This document shows, one piece after another, positions 1 to 9,717 of a DNA stretch of 32,000 nt. The translations under genes and the position numbers were made by a program. Origin of the DNA: Cupriavidus necator (GTDB lineage: Bacteria; Pseudomonadota; Gammaproteobacteria; Burkholderiales; Burkholderiaceae); NCBI RefSeq assembly GCF_016127575.1, contig NZ_CP066019.1:1470001-1502000 (forward strand). The letters run 5' to 3'. How positions within the stretch are numbered: position 1 is the stretch's first letter; the number at the start of each line of letters is the position of its first letter. A model generated the notes under the pieces. It was not told the origin of the DNA and did no database searches. It was given only the letters and a program-made list of their open reading frames with translations.

Positions 1-60
1 CAGGAAGGAAGCCGCGCGGCCGCAACCCATAGGAGCAGGCCGCGGCCCGCGCGTGGCTGC

Positions 61-258
61 TTACCCTCCCAGTTCCTGGAAGGCGTGCCCGTTGGCTTCC
101 AGACCCTTCAACATGCCAGGTGGCAGTGCGCTCTCCGGAACCGTCCCTTCAAGTTGCCACTCCTTTGCGTCGGCGAGGTCCTGAAGTCGTTCCCCCTTGC
201 GCACATAGAGACCCAGCGTCGGCTTCAGCAGATTGATGTAAAAGTCGTACTCCTGCAT
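61..258 (-). CDS. small hypothetical protein (65 aa), function unknown
   Basis: ATG at 256-258 is preceded on the minus strand by GGGAGG with a 7-nt spacer. The ORF-track start at 306 reads TTG and has no RBS. TAA at 61-63. Lies 44 nt downstream of the Hsp100 stop codon. I recognise no family for MQEYDFYINLLKPTLGLYVRKGERLQDL... Confidence 0.45.
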   Translation of the reverse strand: MQEYDFYINLLKPTLGLYVRKGERLQDLADAKEWQLEGTVPESALPPGMLKGLEANGHAFQELGG

Positions 259-302
259 TTGCGAACCTCCCACGAAAGTCGTGATTGCCCTGGCTCTTGC
301 GC

Positions 303-3077
303 TCAAGCGCCGGAGTCTCCTGCTGCGACGGTGCTGTCCGCCTTCCTGGGTGCAGCGCCCTTGGCGGCAGCTTTGCCTGCCTTCGGCTTCTTGACGGCTT
401 CCATCTTCCTGAAGACCACGGCTTCGCTTGCCTTGTCGTAGCCAAGCTCGACGCTGTCGCCTGATTTCAGCTTGTCGCCGAGGATCTCCTTGGCCAGGCC
501 GGTCTCGACCGATTGGCGGATCTGGCGCCGCAGTTCCCGCGCACCAAACTCAGGCTGGTAGCCCACCTCGACCAGGTGATCGACCAGCTCATCATCGAGC
601 TTGACCGTGATGTCCTGCGCGGCGGCGGTGCGCACCACACGCTCCAGCTGGATCTGCACGATCGCGCGGATGTTCTCGCGCGACAGCGCATGGAACACGA
701 TGATGTCGTCGATTCGGTTCAGGAACTCGGGCCGGAAGTGTCCCTTCAGCACCTTCATCAGCGCCTCGCGCAAGTCCTTCTCAGGCATGCGCTTGTCCTC
801 GGGCTGCTCCAGGTTGTCCATGATGATCGGCGCGCCCAGGTTGCTGGTGGCGATGATGACGGTATTGCTGAAGTCCACCACGCGGCCCTTGCCGTCGGTC
901 AAGCGGCCGTCGTCGAAGACCTGCAGCAGTACGTTGTTCACGTCCGGGTGGGCCTTCTCGATCTCATCCAGCAGGATCACGCTATAGGGCTTGCGCCGCA
1001 CGCGCTCGGTCAGCTGCCCGCCTTCGTCATAGCCGACATAGCCCGGCGGCGCACCGATCAGCCGGGCCACCGCATGGCGCTCCATGTACTCGGACATGTC
1101 GATGCGGATGATGGCCTGCTCGTCGCCGAACACGGTTTCCGCCAGGGCCTTGGCCAGCTCGGTCTTGCCAACGCCGGTCGGCCCGAGGAAGAGGAAGGTC
1201 GCGATCGGGCGGTTAGCCTGCCCCAGGCCTGCGCGCGACAGGCGCACCGCATCGCTGACCGCGACCACCGCGTCGTCCTGCCCCACCACCCGCTCGCGCA
1301 GCCGCGCTTCCATTTTCAGCAGCTTCTGGCGCTCTTCCTGGGTAAGGTCGGTCACCGGGATGCCGGTCAGGCGCGACACCACTTCGGCAATGGCCGCAAC
1401 CGTCACCTCCAGGGTCTCCGACCCCGTCTTGCGCTGCCACGCCTCGGTCAACTCGTCAAGCCGCTTCTGCTTGTCGTTGATGCGGTCCTCGAAGCCCTTG
1501 GCCTCGTCAAAGCGCTTGCGCGACGACGCATAGTCCTGCTCGCGCTTGAGCTGGGCGATCTCGGCCTCCAGTTCCTGGATATCCGCGGGGCGTGAGGTGG
1601 CGCCGATGCGCACGCGCGCCGCGGCCTGGTCGATCAGGTCGATGGCCTTGTCCGGCAGGAAGCGCGCGGTGATGTAGCGGTCCGACAGTTCCGCCGCGGC
1701 CACAAAGGCGTCGTCGGCGAAGGTGACCTGGTGGTGCGCCTCAAGCTTGTCGCGCAGGCCGCGCAGGATGACGATGGTCTGCTCGACGGTCGGCTCCGGC
1801 ACCAGCACCGGCTGGAAGCGCCGTTCCAGCGCCGCGTCTTTCTCGATGTACTTCTGGTATTCGTTCAGCGTGGTGGCGCCGATCAGGCTCAGTTCGCCGC
1901 GCGCCAGCGCCGGCTTGAGCACGTTGGCGATATCGAGCCCGCCCTCGCCGCCGCCCTGCCCCGCGCCGACGATGGTGTGCAGTTCGTCGATAAACAGGAT
2001 CAGTTCGTCGTTCTTGGCGGTGACCTCGTCAATCAGCTGCTTGGCACGCTCCTCGAACTCGCCGCGGTACTTGGCGCCCGCCACCATCGAATTGATGTTC
2101 ACCTCAACCAGGCGCTTGCCGCGCAGCACCTCCGGCACATCGCCATTGACGATGCGCTGCGCCAGCCCTTCCACGATCGCGGTCTTGCCCACGCCAGGCT
2201 CGCCAATCAGCACCGGGTTGTTCTTCTTGCGCCGCGCCAGCACTTCGATCGCGCTCTCGATCTCCTGCGCACGGCCCAGCACCGGATCGAGCTTGCCCTG
2301 CCGCGCGATCGCGGTCAGGTCGCGCCCGAACTTGTCCAGCGTGGGCGTGCCGGTGGGCGTATCGACGCGGCCATCCTCGGCGCCCTTGCCGACCACCTTC
2401 ACCACCTTCTGGCGCAGTGCCTCGGGGGTGACGCCATACTTCTTGAGCAGCGTCCCGGCGATGCTTTCCGGGACCGAGGCCAGGCCGATCAGCAGGTGCT
2501 CGGGGCCAACGTAGGAATGCCCGAGGTCGCGCGAGGCCTGGAAGGCATACTGGAAGGCCTTCTTCAGCCGCGGCGAGATCGTCATCCGGTCGATGGCCGC
2601 GTCAGGCCCTGCGGTTCCGGTCTGCGCGTGCTCGTCGATATAGCCCCTGATATCCTGCGGCGAGAGCTTTAGCTCCTTGAGCAGCGCCGAGCAGACATCG
2701 GTATCGGCGAGCACGTAGAGCAGGTGCTCGGTGTCCAGCTCATTGCGCCGCAGCTCGTGCGCCTTCTCCGCGGCGCGCTGCAGCAGTTCCATGGTCTGCT
2801 CGCTGAAGGCATCGGTGGGGTCGACGGATTCGCGCGGGACTTCGGTGGAGAATCCGGGATGCTCGTCGTCATCCATCCCGCCTCCCATTCCTCGGAAGAA
2901 GCGGGACAGCCCGCCGCCACCCAGCAGGGAGTCGAACGGGTTGAGCATGTCCTGGTGGCGCAGCAGCTGCCGGTAGTCGTAGTCGCAGATCGACATCGTC
3001 TTGCGCTCGCCGTCCTGAACCACCGTCACCCGCGCCACGGCGGGACGTGCGTTGCAGATTTCGCATAGGGTCGGCAT
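303..3077 (-). CDS. Class-I Hsp100/Clp AAA+ ATPase, ClpG/ClpK-like putative stand-alone disaggregase (924 aa)
   Basis: Two AAA+ modules: Walker [16 protein letters not shown] with Walker [10 protein letters not shown], and Walker [16 protein letters not shown] with Walker [12 protein letters not shown]. Two Clp_N repeats ([18 protein letters not shown]). Short ClpC-like middle domain ([14 protein letters not shown]...RLDELTEAW). N-terminal McsA-like Cys motif CEIC...SICDYDY followed by a Gly-rich linker. Lys/Ala-rich C-terminal tail. I see no [LIV]-G-[FL] ClpP-docking tripeptide in the NBD2 loop. Start chosen at ATG 3075-3077, with GGAGGA 9 nt upstream, rather than the track start at 3149. 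Confidence 0.85.
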   Translation of the reverse strand: MPTLCEICNARPAVARVTVVQDGERKTMSICDYDYRQLLRHQDMLNPFDSLLGGGGLSRFFRGMGGGMDDDEHPGFSTEVPRESVDPTDAFSEQTMELLQRAAEKAHELRRNELDTEHLLYVLADTDVCSALLKELKLSPQDIRGYIDEHAQTGTAGPDAAIDRMTISPRLKKAFQYAFQASRDLGHSYVGPEHLLIGLASVPESIAGTLLKKYGVTPEALRQKVVKVVGKGAEDGRVDTPTGTPTLDKFGRDLTAIARQGKLDPVLGRAQEIESAIEVLARRKKNNPVLIGEPGVGKTAIVEGLAQRIVNGDVPEVLRGKRLVEVNINSMVAGAKYRGEFEERAKQLIDEVTAKNDELILFIDELHTIVGAGQGGGEGGLDIANVLKPALARGELSLIGATTLNEYQKYIEKDAALERRFQPVLVPEPTVEQTIVILRGLRDKLEAHHQVTFADDAFVAAAELSDRYITARFLPDKAIDLIDQAAARVRIGATSRPADIQELEAEIAQLKREQDYASSRKRFDEAKGFEDRINDKQKRLDELTEAWQRKTGSETLEVTVAAIAEVVSRLTGIPVTDLTQEERQKLLKMEARLRERVVGQDDAVVAVSDAVRLSRAGLGQANRPIATFLFLGPTGVGKTELAKALAETVFGDEQAIIRIDMSEYMERHAVARLIGAPPGYVGYDEGGQLTERVRRKPYSVILLDEIEKAHPDVNNVLLQVFDDGRLTDGKGRVVDFSNTVIIATSNLGAPIIMDNLEQPEDKRMPEKDLREALMKVLKGHFRPEFLNRIDDIIVFHALSRENIRAIVQIQLERVVRTAAAQDITVKLDDELVDHLVEVGYQPEFGARELRRQIRQSVETGLAKEILGDKLKSGDSVELGYDKASEAVVFRKMEAVKKPKAGKAAAKGAAPRKADSTVAAGDSGA

Positions 3078-3121
3078 GATGGACTTTCCTCCACAGGTAG
3101 GTCGCATTGCTTCAACAGAGG

Positions 3122-3154
3122 GCCGTTGCGCGCGCTCGGGGCCGCGCACAACGG
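3122..3154 (-). terminator. GC-rich stem-loop between cbbB and the Hsp100 gene, possible cbb operon terminator
   Basis: Plus-strand gccgttgcgcgcg / cgcgcacaacggc arms, about 13 bp with one G-U position and a 7-nt loop. Starts 53 nt after the cbbB stop. The downstream U-tract on the minus strand is poor (CCUCUGUUG), so it is not a canonical intrinsic terminator. Confidence 0.4.
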
Positions 3155-3206
3155 CGCTGGAAAGCGGGCATGAGCCGTGCTTACGTGATGGTGGGCTCGC
3201 CTGCCA

Positions 3207-5480
3207 TTACGTCACCTCCGAACGCACCACGCGCACGGGCACTGACTTGTAGGACGGGGTGCCGCTGTCCTCGTCGATGTAGTCGAGCGGCACCAGCCTG
3301 TTTGCTTCCGGATAGTAGGCAGCGACGGAGCCAGGCGCAATTTCATATTCGATCGCAGTGATCTTCTCGAAACGCAGCTGCCGGCCCGCGGCGATGGTCT
3401 CGATGTCGACCAGGTCGCCATGCTCCAGGCCGCGCGCGGCCAGGTCGGCCGGGTTCATGAACAGCACGTCGCGCCGCCCGAACACGCCCCGGTAGCGGTC
3501 GTCCATGGCATAGATGGTGGTGTTGTACTGGTCATGGCTGCGGATGGTCACCAGCCGCAGCACATCGTCGGCATGGACTTGTTTGTCTTCATGCAGCCCC
3601 TTGAACACGTAGAACTCGGCCTTGCCCGACGACGTTTCCCATTTGCGCTCGGTTGGTGGCAAGGGCATGCGGAATCCGCCAGGGACCCGCACGCGCGCGT
3701 TGAAATCCTCAAAGCCGGGCACCGTCTTCTCGATCAGGTCGCGGATCCTGTCGTAGTCGGCGACGAGCTCCAGCCATGGCACCTTGCTGTCAGGCAGGGT
3801 CGCGGTGGCAATGCCCGCCACGATGGCCGGCTCGGAGCGCAGGAATTCCGACGCCGGCGCGAGCTTGCCGGCCGAGGCATGCACCATCGACATCGAATCC
3901 TCCACCGTCACCGATTGCGGCCCGGTCTCCTGCACATCCAGTTCGGTGCGGCCCAGGCAAGGCAGCACATAGGTCTCCCTGGCCACCAGCAGGTGCGTGC
4001 GGTTGAGCTTGGTCCCGACATGCACGCTCAGGTCGAGCTTGCCCATGGCCGGGAAGCACTGCTCGGGATCGGGCAAGGCGACCGCGAAATTCCCGCCCAG
4101 GCAGAACAGCGCCCTGGACTTGCCATCGATCATCGCCTGCATCGCGTTGACGGCATCGTGCCCGTGTCCGGCGGGCGGGCTGAAGCCGAAGGTGTCCTCG
4201 ATCCGCTGCAGGAAGCCGGCCGACGGCTTCTCGGTAATGCCGACAGTCCGGTTCCCCTGGACATTGGAGTGGCCGCGCAAGGGGCAGATGCCGGCGCCGG
4301 GCTTGCCGAAGTTGCCGCGCAGCATCAGCAGGTCGCACAGCAGGCGCACATTGGCCGTGCCTTCGTTGTGCTGGGTCACGCCCATGCCATAGGTAACGAT
4401 GGTGGCATTCGACTTGGCATAGGCCGCCGCGACCAGTTCCAGGTCCGCACGGGTCAGCCCACTGGTCTTTTCAATATCCGCCCATTCGGTCGACCGCAGA
4501 TCGTCGGCCAGCGCCTCGAAGCCCTCGGTGTGGACCGCGATGAAGTCGTGATCCAGCACATTGCCCTGGCTGGCTTCCAGGTCCAGCAGCGCCTTCATCA
4601 CCCCCTTGATGGCGGCGGCGTCGCCACCGGCGCGGACCAGGAAGTAGGACGACGCAATCCGGGTGGAACCATAGGTGGCCATCTCCACCATGTTCTGCGG
4701 GTCGGCAAAGCGCTCGAGCGCCCGTTCGCGCAGCGGGTTGAACACCAGGATCGGCACCTTGCGGCGCGACGCCTCATGCAGCGTCCCCATCATGCGCGGG
4801 TGGTTGGTGCCCGGGTTGTGGCCGATCGAAATGATCAGCTCGCAGGTGTCAAAGTCCTCCAGCGACACCGTGCCCTTGCCGATGCCGATCGAGCGCGGCA
4901 AGCCCACGCTGGTGGGCTCGTGGCACATGTTCGAGCAGTCGGGGAAGTTGTTCGTGCCATATTCGCGCGCGAACAGCTGGTACAGGTAGGCGGCTTCGTT
5001 GGAAGCCCGGCCCGAGGTATAGAACTCGACCTGGTCGGGCGATAGCCCGCGCAGGATTTCGCCGATGCGGGCGAACGCGGCCTCCCATTCCACCGCGCGG
5101 AAGGTGTCGGTGGCGCGGTCATAGACCAGGGGATGCGTCAGCCTGCCAAAGTCTTCGAGCTCATAGTCGGTCCGGTTCAACAGCGACGACACCGTATTGG
5201 TTGCAAAGAACTCGGGAGGCACCCGTTTGGTGGTTGCCTCCCACGTCACGGCCTTGGCGCCGTTCTCGCAGAACTGGAAGGTCGACCGGTGCTCCTTGTC
5301 GGGCCATGCGCAGCCGGGGCAATCGAAGCCGTCGGGCTGGTTGGTCCGCATCAGCGTGATCGGCGCCTTGACGGTATCCATCTGCGTGCGGATCGCCGTG
5401 GCAGTTGCCTTCAGCGCCCCCCAGCCGCCGGCGGGACCGTCGTACTTCCTGATACCGGGCACTTCGCGTCGATTGGCCAT
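3207..5480 (-). CDS. cbbB: Formate-dehydrogenase-like molybdopterin oxidoreductase (FdhF/YdeP family), distal cbb gene
   Basis: 757 aa. N-terminal Cys cluster DCPGCAWPD...FCENG typical of FdhF/YdeP-type MopB enzymes. Cys rather than Sec in SNMCHEPTS. ATG 5478-5480 with AAGGAG 5 nt upstream. Its position directly after cbbA matches the published chromosomal R. eutropha operon, as I recall it. Confidence 0.9.
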   Translation of the reverse strand: MANRREVPGIRKYDGPAGGWGALKATATAIRTQMDTVKAPITLMRTNQPDGFDCPGCAWPDKEHRSTFQFCENGAKAVTWEATTKRVPPEFFATNTVSSLLNRTDYELEDFGRLTHPLVYDRATDTFRAVEWEAAFARIGEILRGLSPDQVEFYTSGRASNEAAYLYQLFAREYGTNNFPDCSNMCHEPTSVGLPRSIGIGKGTVSLEDFDTCELIISIGHNPGTNHPRMMGTLHEASRRKVPILVFNPLRERALERFADPQNMVEMATYGSTRIASSYFLVRAGGDAAAIKGVMKALLDLEASQGNVLDHDFIAVHTEGFEALADDLRSTEWADIEKTSGLTRADLELVAAAYAKSNATIVTYGMGVTQHNEGTANVRLLCDLLMLRGNFGKPGAGICPLRGHSNVQGNRTVGITEKPSAGFLQRIEDTFGFSPPAGHGHDAVNAMQAMIDGKSRALFCLGGNFAVALPDPEQCFPAMGKLDLSVHVGTKLNRTHLLVARETYVLPCLGRTELDVQETGPQSVTVEDSMSMVHASAGKLAPASEFLRSEPAIVAGIATATLPDSKVPWLELVADYDRIRDLIEKTVPGFEDFNARVRVPGGFRMPLPPTERKWETSSGKAEFYVFKGLHEDKQVHADDVLRLVTIRSHDQYNTTIYAMDDRYRGVFGRRDVLFMNPADLAARGLEHGDLVDIETIAAGRQLRFEKITAIEYEIAPGSVAAYYPEANRLVPLDYIDEDSGTPSYKSVPVRVVRSEVT

Positions 5481-5557
5481 GTTTGCTCCTTGTGCCGCGC
5501 CAGGTTGCTGGTGACGGCGTTGGGGTTAGTCACGCGAACAACTCCTGCTGCCGGTTT

Positions 5558-5589
5558 GCACCCCTCGCCCGCTCGCGGGAGAGGGGTGC
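5558..5589 (-). other. GC-rich stem-loop in the 140-nt cbbA-cbbB spacer
   Basis: gcacccctc (5558-5566) pairs perfectly with gaggggtgc (5581-5589). An inner cccg/cggg helix closes a ctcg loop. There is no U-run on either strand, so an mRNA processing, stability or partial-termination element is more likely than a classic terminator. Confidence 0.4.
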
Positions 5590-5620
5590 GTGTGCCTGGG
5601 CTCGTGGTGCGGATGCTCCT

Positions 5621-6658
5621 TCAGGAATAGAGCTTCGCCACCCGCTCCAGCGGCACCGGCTTGATCCGCGAGGCCTGCCCGGCGCAGCCGAAGGCCTCGA
5701 AGCGCAGCTTGACCACGCTTCTCGCCCCCTTCTTGGCCGCCAGCAGCGCCTTGCGCGGATCGAATTCGCTGCGGTCGTCGGACAAGGACTTGCGGATGGC
5801 CCCGGTCATGGCCAGGCGGATATCCGTATCGATATTCACCTTGCGCACCCCCATCTTGATGCCGCGCAGGATCTCCTCGACCGGCACGCCGTAGGTCTCC
5901 TTGATGTCGCCGCCGTACTGGCGGATGATCTCCAGCCATTCCTGCGGCACCGAGCTGGAGCCGTGCATCACCAGGTGGGTGTCAGGGATCTGCTCGTGGA
6001 TCTCGCGGATGCGGTCCATCGCCAGGATGTCGCCGGTGGGCTTGCGTGAGAACTTGTAGGCGCCGTGGCTGGTGCCGATGGCGATCGCCAGTGCATCCAC
6101 GCCGGTGCGGGCAACGAAGTCGCGCGCCTGGGCCGGGTCGGTCAGCATCATGTCGTGCGACAGCGTGCCCGCCGCGCCCACGCCGTCCTCTTCGCCGGCC
6201 TGGCCGGTTTCGAGCGAGCCCAGGCAGCCCAGTTCGCCTTCCACCGACACGCCGATCGCATGCGCCATCTCGCACACGCGCCGCGTGACCTCGACGTTGT
6301 AGTCGTAGTCGGAGGGGGTCTTCATGTCTTCGCGCAGCGAGCCGTCCATCATCACGCTGGTGAAGCCGGAGCGGATCGAGGCCTGGCAGATCGCCGGGCT
6401 GGAGCCGTGGTCCTGGTGCAGCACGATGGGGATATCCGGATGGGTCTCGGCCGCGGCCAGCACCATATGGCGCAGGTAAGCCTCGCCAGCATACTTGCGG
6501 GCGCCGGCCGAGGCCTGCAGGATGACCGGGCTGTCGGTTTCCTGGGCCGCCTCCATGATGGCGTGGATCTGTTCCAGGTTGTTGACGTTGAAGGCCGGCA
6601 CGCCGTAGCCGAACTCTCCCGCGTGGTCCAGCAGCTGGCGCAAGGAAATGAGTGCCAT
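5621..6658 (-). CDS. cbbA: Class II fructose/sedoheptulose-1,7-bisphosphate aldolase
   Basis: 345 aa. Motifs [17 protein letters not shown] and HGSSSVP. ATG 6656-6658. Operon position matches. Confidence 0.95.
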
Positions 6659-6700
6659 GATGAAGCTCCTTTACTGATTGCAGAATCGGTGAGGTCGGGT

Positions 6701-7942
6701 TCAGGCAGCGGCGCGCTGTGCCAGCACGGCCAGCGCGGGCAGCGTCTTGCCCTCCAGGAATTCCAGGAACGCGCCGCCGCCGGTCGAGATATAGCCCACG
6801 CGGTCGGCAATGCCGTGCTTGGCGATCGCGGCCAGCGTGTCGCCGCCGCCGGCGATCGAGAACGCCTTCGATTCAGCGATGGCCTGGGCCAGCACCCTGG
6901 TGCCGTTGCCGAACTGGTCGAACTCGAACACGCCCACCGGGCCGTTCCAGACGATGGTGCCGGCGGCCTTGAGCTGCTCGGCCAGCATCGCGGCGGTCTT
7001 GGGGCCGATGTCCAGGATCATGTCGTCGTCGGCCACGTCCTTGACGTCCTTGACGGTGGCCGCGGCAGTGGCGCTGAATTCCTTGGCGCACACCACGTCG
7101 ACCGGAATCGGCACCGAGGCGCCACGCCTGGCCATGATGTCGATGATGGCCCTGGCATCGGCCAGCAGGTCAGGCTCGGCCAGCGACTTGCCGATCTTCA
7201 GGCCGGCGGCCAGCATGAAGGTATTGGCAATGCCGCCGCCGACGATCAGGTTGTCGACCTTGTCGGCCAGCGACTTCAGGATGGTCAGCTTGGTCGAGAC
7301 CTTGGAGCCGGCCACGATCGCCACCAGCGGACGCGCCGGCTGGCCCAGCGCCTTGCCCAGCGCGTCGATCTCGGCGGCCAGCAGCGGGCCGGCGCAGGCA
7401 ATGGGGGCGTACCTGGCGATGCCATGCGTGGTCGCCTCGGCGCGGTGGGCGGTGCCGAACGCGTCGTTGACGTAGACATCGCACAGCGCCGCCATTTTCT
7501 GCGCCAGTTCGTCGCTGTTCTTCTTCTCGCCCGTGTTCATGCGGCAGTTTTCCAGCAGCACCACCTGCCCGGGCGGCACCTGGAAGCCGCCCTCGGTCCA
7601 GCCGGACAAGAGCGGCACCTGGCGGCCCAGCAGTTCGGACAGGCGGCGGCCCACCGGCGCCAGGCTGTGGCGCGGGTCGGGCGCCCCCTCCTGCGGCCGG
7701 CCCAGGTGCGAGGTGACCATCACCGCGGCGCCCGCCTGCAGGCAGGCCGCGATGGCGGGCACGGAAGCCCGGATGCGGGTATCGTCGGTGATAGCGCCCG
7801 CTGCATCCTGCGGGACGTTGAGGTCGGCGCGGATGAAGACCCGCTTGCCAGCCAGTCCACCGGCTGCAAGCAGTGCGGCCAGCGTGTGCGGCGCCGCCGC
7901 GGGTTTCGGTTGCGGGTTCGTAGCATGGGATAGGCTCATCAT
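6701..7942 (-). CDS. cbbK: Phosphoglycerate kinase
   Basis: 413 aa. Motifs RADLNVP and [15 protein letters not shown]. Tandem ATG codons at 7940-7942 and 7937-7939, so the start is ambiguous by one codon. Confidence 0.93.
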
Positions 7943-7951
7943 GGCGATCTG

Positions 7952-8962
7952 CTAGCGTGCGTGGGCCAACGCCACCGCGGTATCCAGCATGCGGTTGGAG
8001 AAGCCCCATTCGTTGTCATACCAGGCCGACACCTTGACCAGGGTGCCGTTGACCTTGGTCAGGGTGGCGTCGAAGGTGGACGACGCCGGGTTGTGGTTGA
8101 AGTCCACCGAGACCAGCGGCGCGGTGTTGTAGTCCAGGATGCCCTTGAGCTCGCCTTCTGCGGCGGCCTTCAGGATGCCGTTCACCTCCTCCACCGTGGT
8201 CGGCCGCGCCGCCACGAAGGACAGGTCGACCAGCGACACATTGATGGTCGGCACGCGCACGGCAAAACCGTCCAGCCGGCCGTCCAGCTCAGGCATTACC
8301 AGCCCGACCGCGGCGGCTGCGCCGGTCTTGGTCGGGATCATCGACATGGTGGCCGAGCGCGCCCGGCGCAGGTCTTCGTGGTAGACGTCGGTCAGCACCT
8401 GGTCGTTGGTATAGGAGTGCACGGTGGTCATCAGGCCGTTCACCAGCCCCAGCTTCTCGTGCAGCGGCTTGACCAGCGGCGCCAGGCAGTTGGTGGTGCA
8501 GGAGGCGTTGGAGATCACCGTGTCGGTGGCCTTCAGCACGCCGTGGTTGACGCCGTAGACGATGGTGGCGTCCACGTCCTTGCCGCCGGGGGCGGAGATG
8601 ATCACCTTCTTCGCGCCGCCCCTCAGGTGGGCCGAGGCCTTTTCCTTGCTGGTGAAGAGCCCGGTGCATTCCATCACCACGTCCACGCCCAGCTCGCCCC
8701 ACGGCAGCTCGGCCGGGTTGCGCTGCGCCAGCACGCGGATCCGGTCGCCGTTGACGCGGAAGGCATCGCCGTCGACCGAGACCTCGCCCGGGAAGCGGCC
8801 GTGGACGGTGTCGTACTGGGTCAGGTGCGCATTGGTGGCCGCGTTGCCGAGGTCGTTGATGGCGACGATCTCGATATCGTGCCGCTTGCCGCCTTCATAG
8901 TGGGCGCGCAGCACATTGCGGCCGATGCGTCCGTAGCCGTTGATGGCAACCTTGATAGTCAT
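7952..8962 (-). CDS. cbbG: Glyceraldehyde-3-phosphate dehydrogenase
   Basis: 336 aa from ATG 8960-8962, with AAGGAG upstream. Motifs INGYGRIGR and the catalytic [12 protein letters not shown]. The track N-terminus (9022) is an unsupported extension. Confidence 0.95.
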   Translation of the reverse strand: MTIKVAINGYGRIGRNVLRAHYEGGKRHDIEIVAINDLGNAATNAHLTQYDTVHGRFPGEVSVDGDAFRVNGDRIRVLAQRNPAELPWGELGVDVVMECTGLFTSKEKASAHLRGGAKKVIISAPGGKDVDATIVYGVNHGVLKATDTVISNASCTTNCLAPLVKPLHEKLGLVNGLMTTVHSYTNDQVLTDVYHEDLRRARSATMSMIPTKTGAAAAVGLVMPELDGRLDGFAVRVPTINVSLVDLSFVAARPTTVEEVNGILKAAAEGELKGILDYNTAPLVSVDFNHNPASSTFDATLTKVNGTLVKVSAWYDNEWGFSNRMLDTAVALAHAR

Positions 8963-9021
8963 GCTGTCTCCTTTACTTGTCTTGGTATCCTTGCCGGTCG
9001 CGCTGGCGCGCCGGCGCAACA

Positions 9022-9717
9022 TCAGGCGGCTGGCGCCAGCCGCGCCGGCGTCAGCAGCGCCGGCAACGCCTCCAGCGAATCGAGCAGCGCATCCGCGCCC
9101 AGCGCCGCGGGCCCGCCGGGGCCGGCGTAGCCATAGCGAACCAGGCAGACCGGGATGCCGGCCGCGCGCGCCGCCGCCACGTCCACCGCCGAATCCCCCA
9201 CCAGCACGCCCTGCGCCGTATCGACGTCGAGCAGGTTGCAGGCGTGGCGCAGCGGTTCGGGATCCGGTTTCATCTGCGCGATCGAGTCGCCCGCCACCAG
9301 CACTTCGAGGTACTGCGACAACCCGGTCAGCGCCAGCAGCGGCACCGCCAGCGCGCGCGGCTTGTTGGTGACGCAGGCAAGCCGGTAGCCCTGGCGCCTG
9401 AGCGCCTCCAGGCCTGCCTCCACGCCCGGGAACACCGACCCGAGGCGGCCGTTGGTCTCGGCATAGTGGCGGTGGAACATCGCCACGGCTTCGGCGGCCT
9501 CAACCCGCGGCGTAAGCCCGGCGGTCTCGAGCACGCGCCGCACCAGGTTGGGCACGCCGCGGCCGATGAAGCCGGCCACGGTGTCGAACGGCAATGCCGG
9601 GCTGCCGAAGTCGGCCAGCATGCGGTTGGCGGCCTCGACAATATCGGGCGCGCTGTCGACCAGCGTGCCGTCCAGGTCGATCAGCACCGCGGTGCAGGGC
9701 ATGGATACGGTAGCCAT
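9022..9717 (-). CDS. cbbZ: HAD-family 2-phosphoglycolate phosphatase
   Basis: 231 aa from [22 protein letters not shown] (HAD motif I DxDGT). Its ATG 9715-9717 overlaps the cbbT stop 9717-9719 as ATGA. The 394-aa track ORF runs out of frame through cbbT and is rejected. Confidence 0.9.

Noticed and set aside
1-60. GC-rich imperfect dyads (GCCGCGCGGC and others) after the 65-aa ORF as a terminator
   Set aside because: The stems are short or mismatched, the loops are too small and the window edge cuts the context. I could not support a terminator call.
3078-3121. Possible sigma32 heat-shock promoter (TTGAAG) ahead of the Hsp100 gene
   Set aside because: Only the -35-like TTGAA is present. No CCCCAT-type -10 occurs at the right distance, and the implied start would fall on the RBS. 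The evidence is insufficient.
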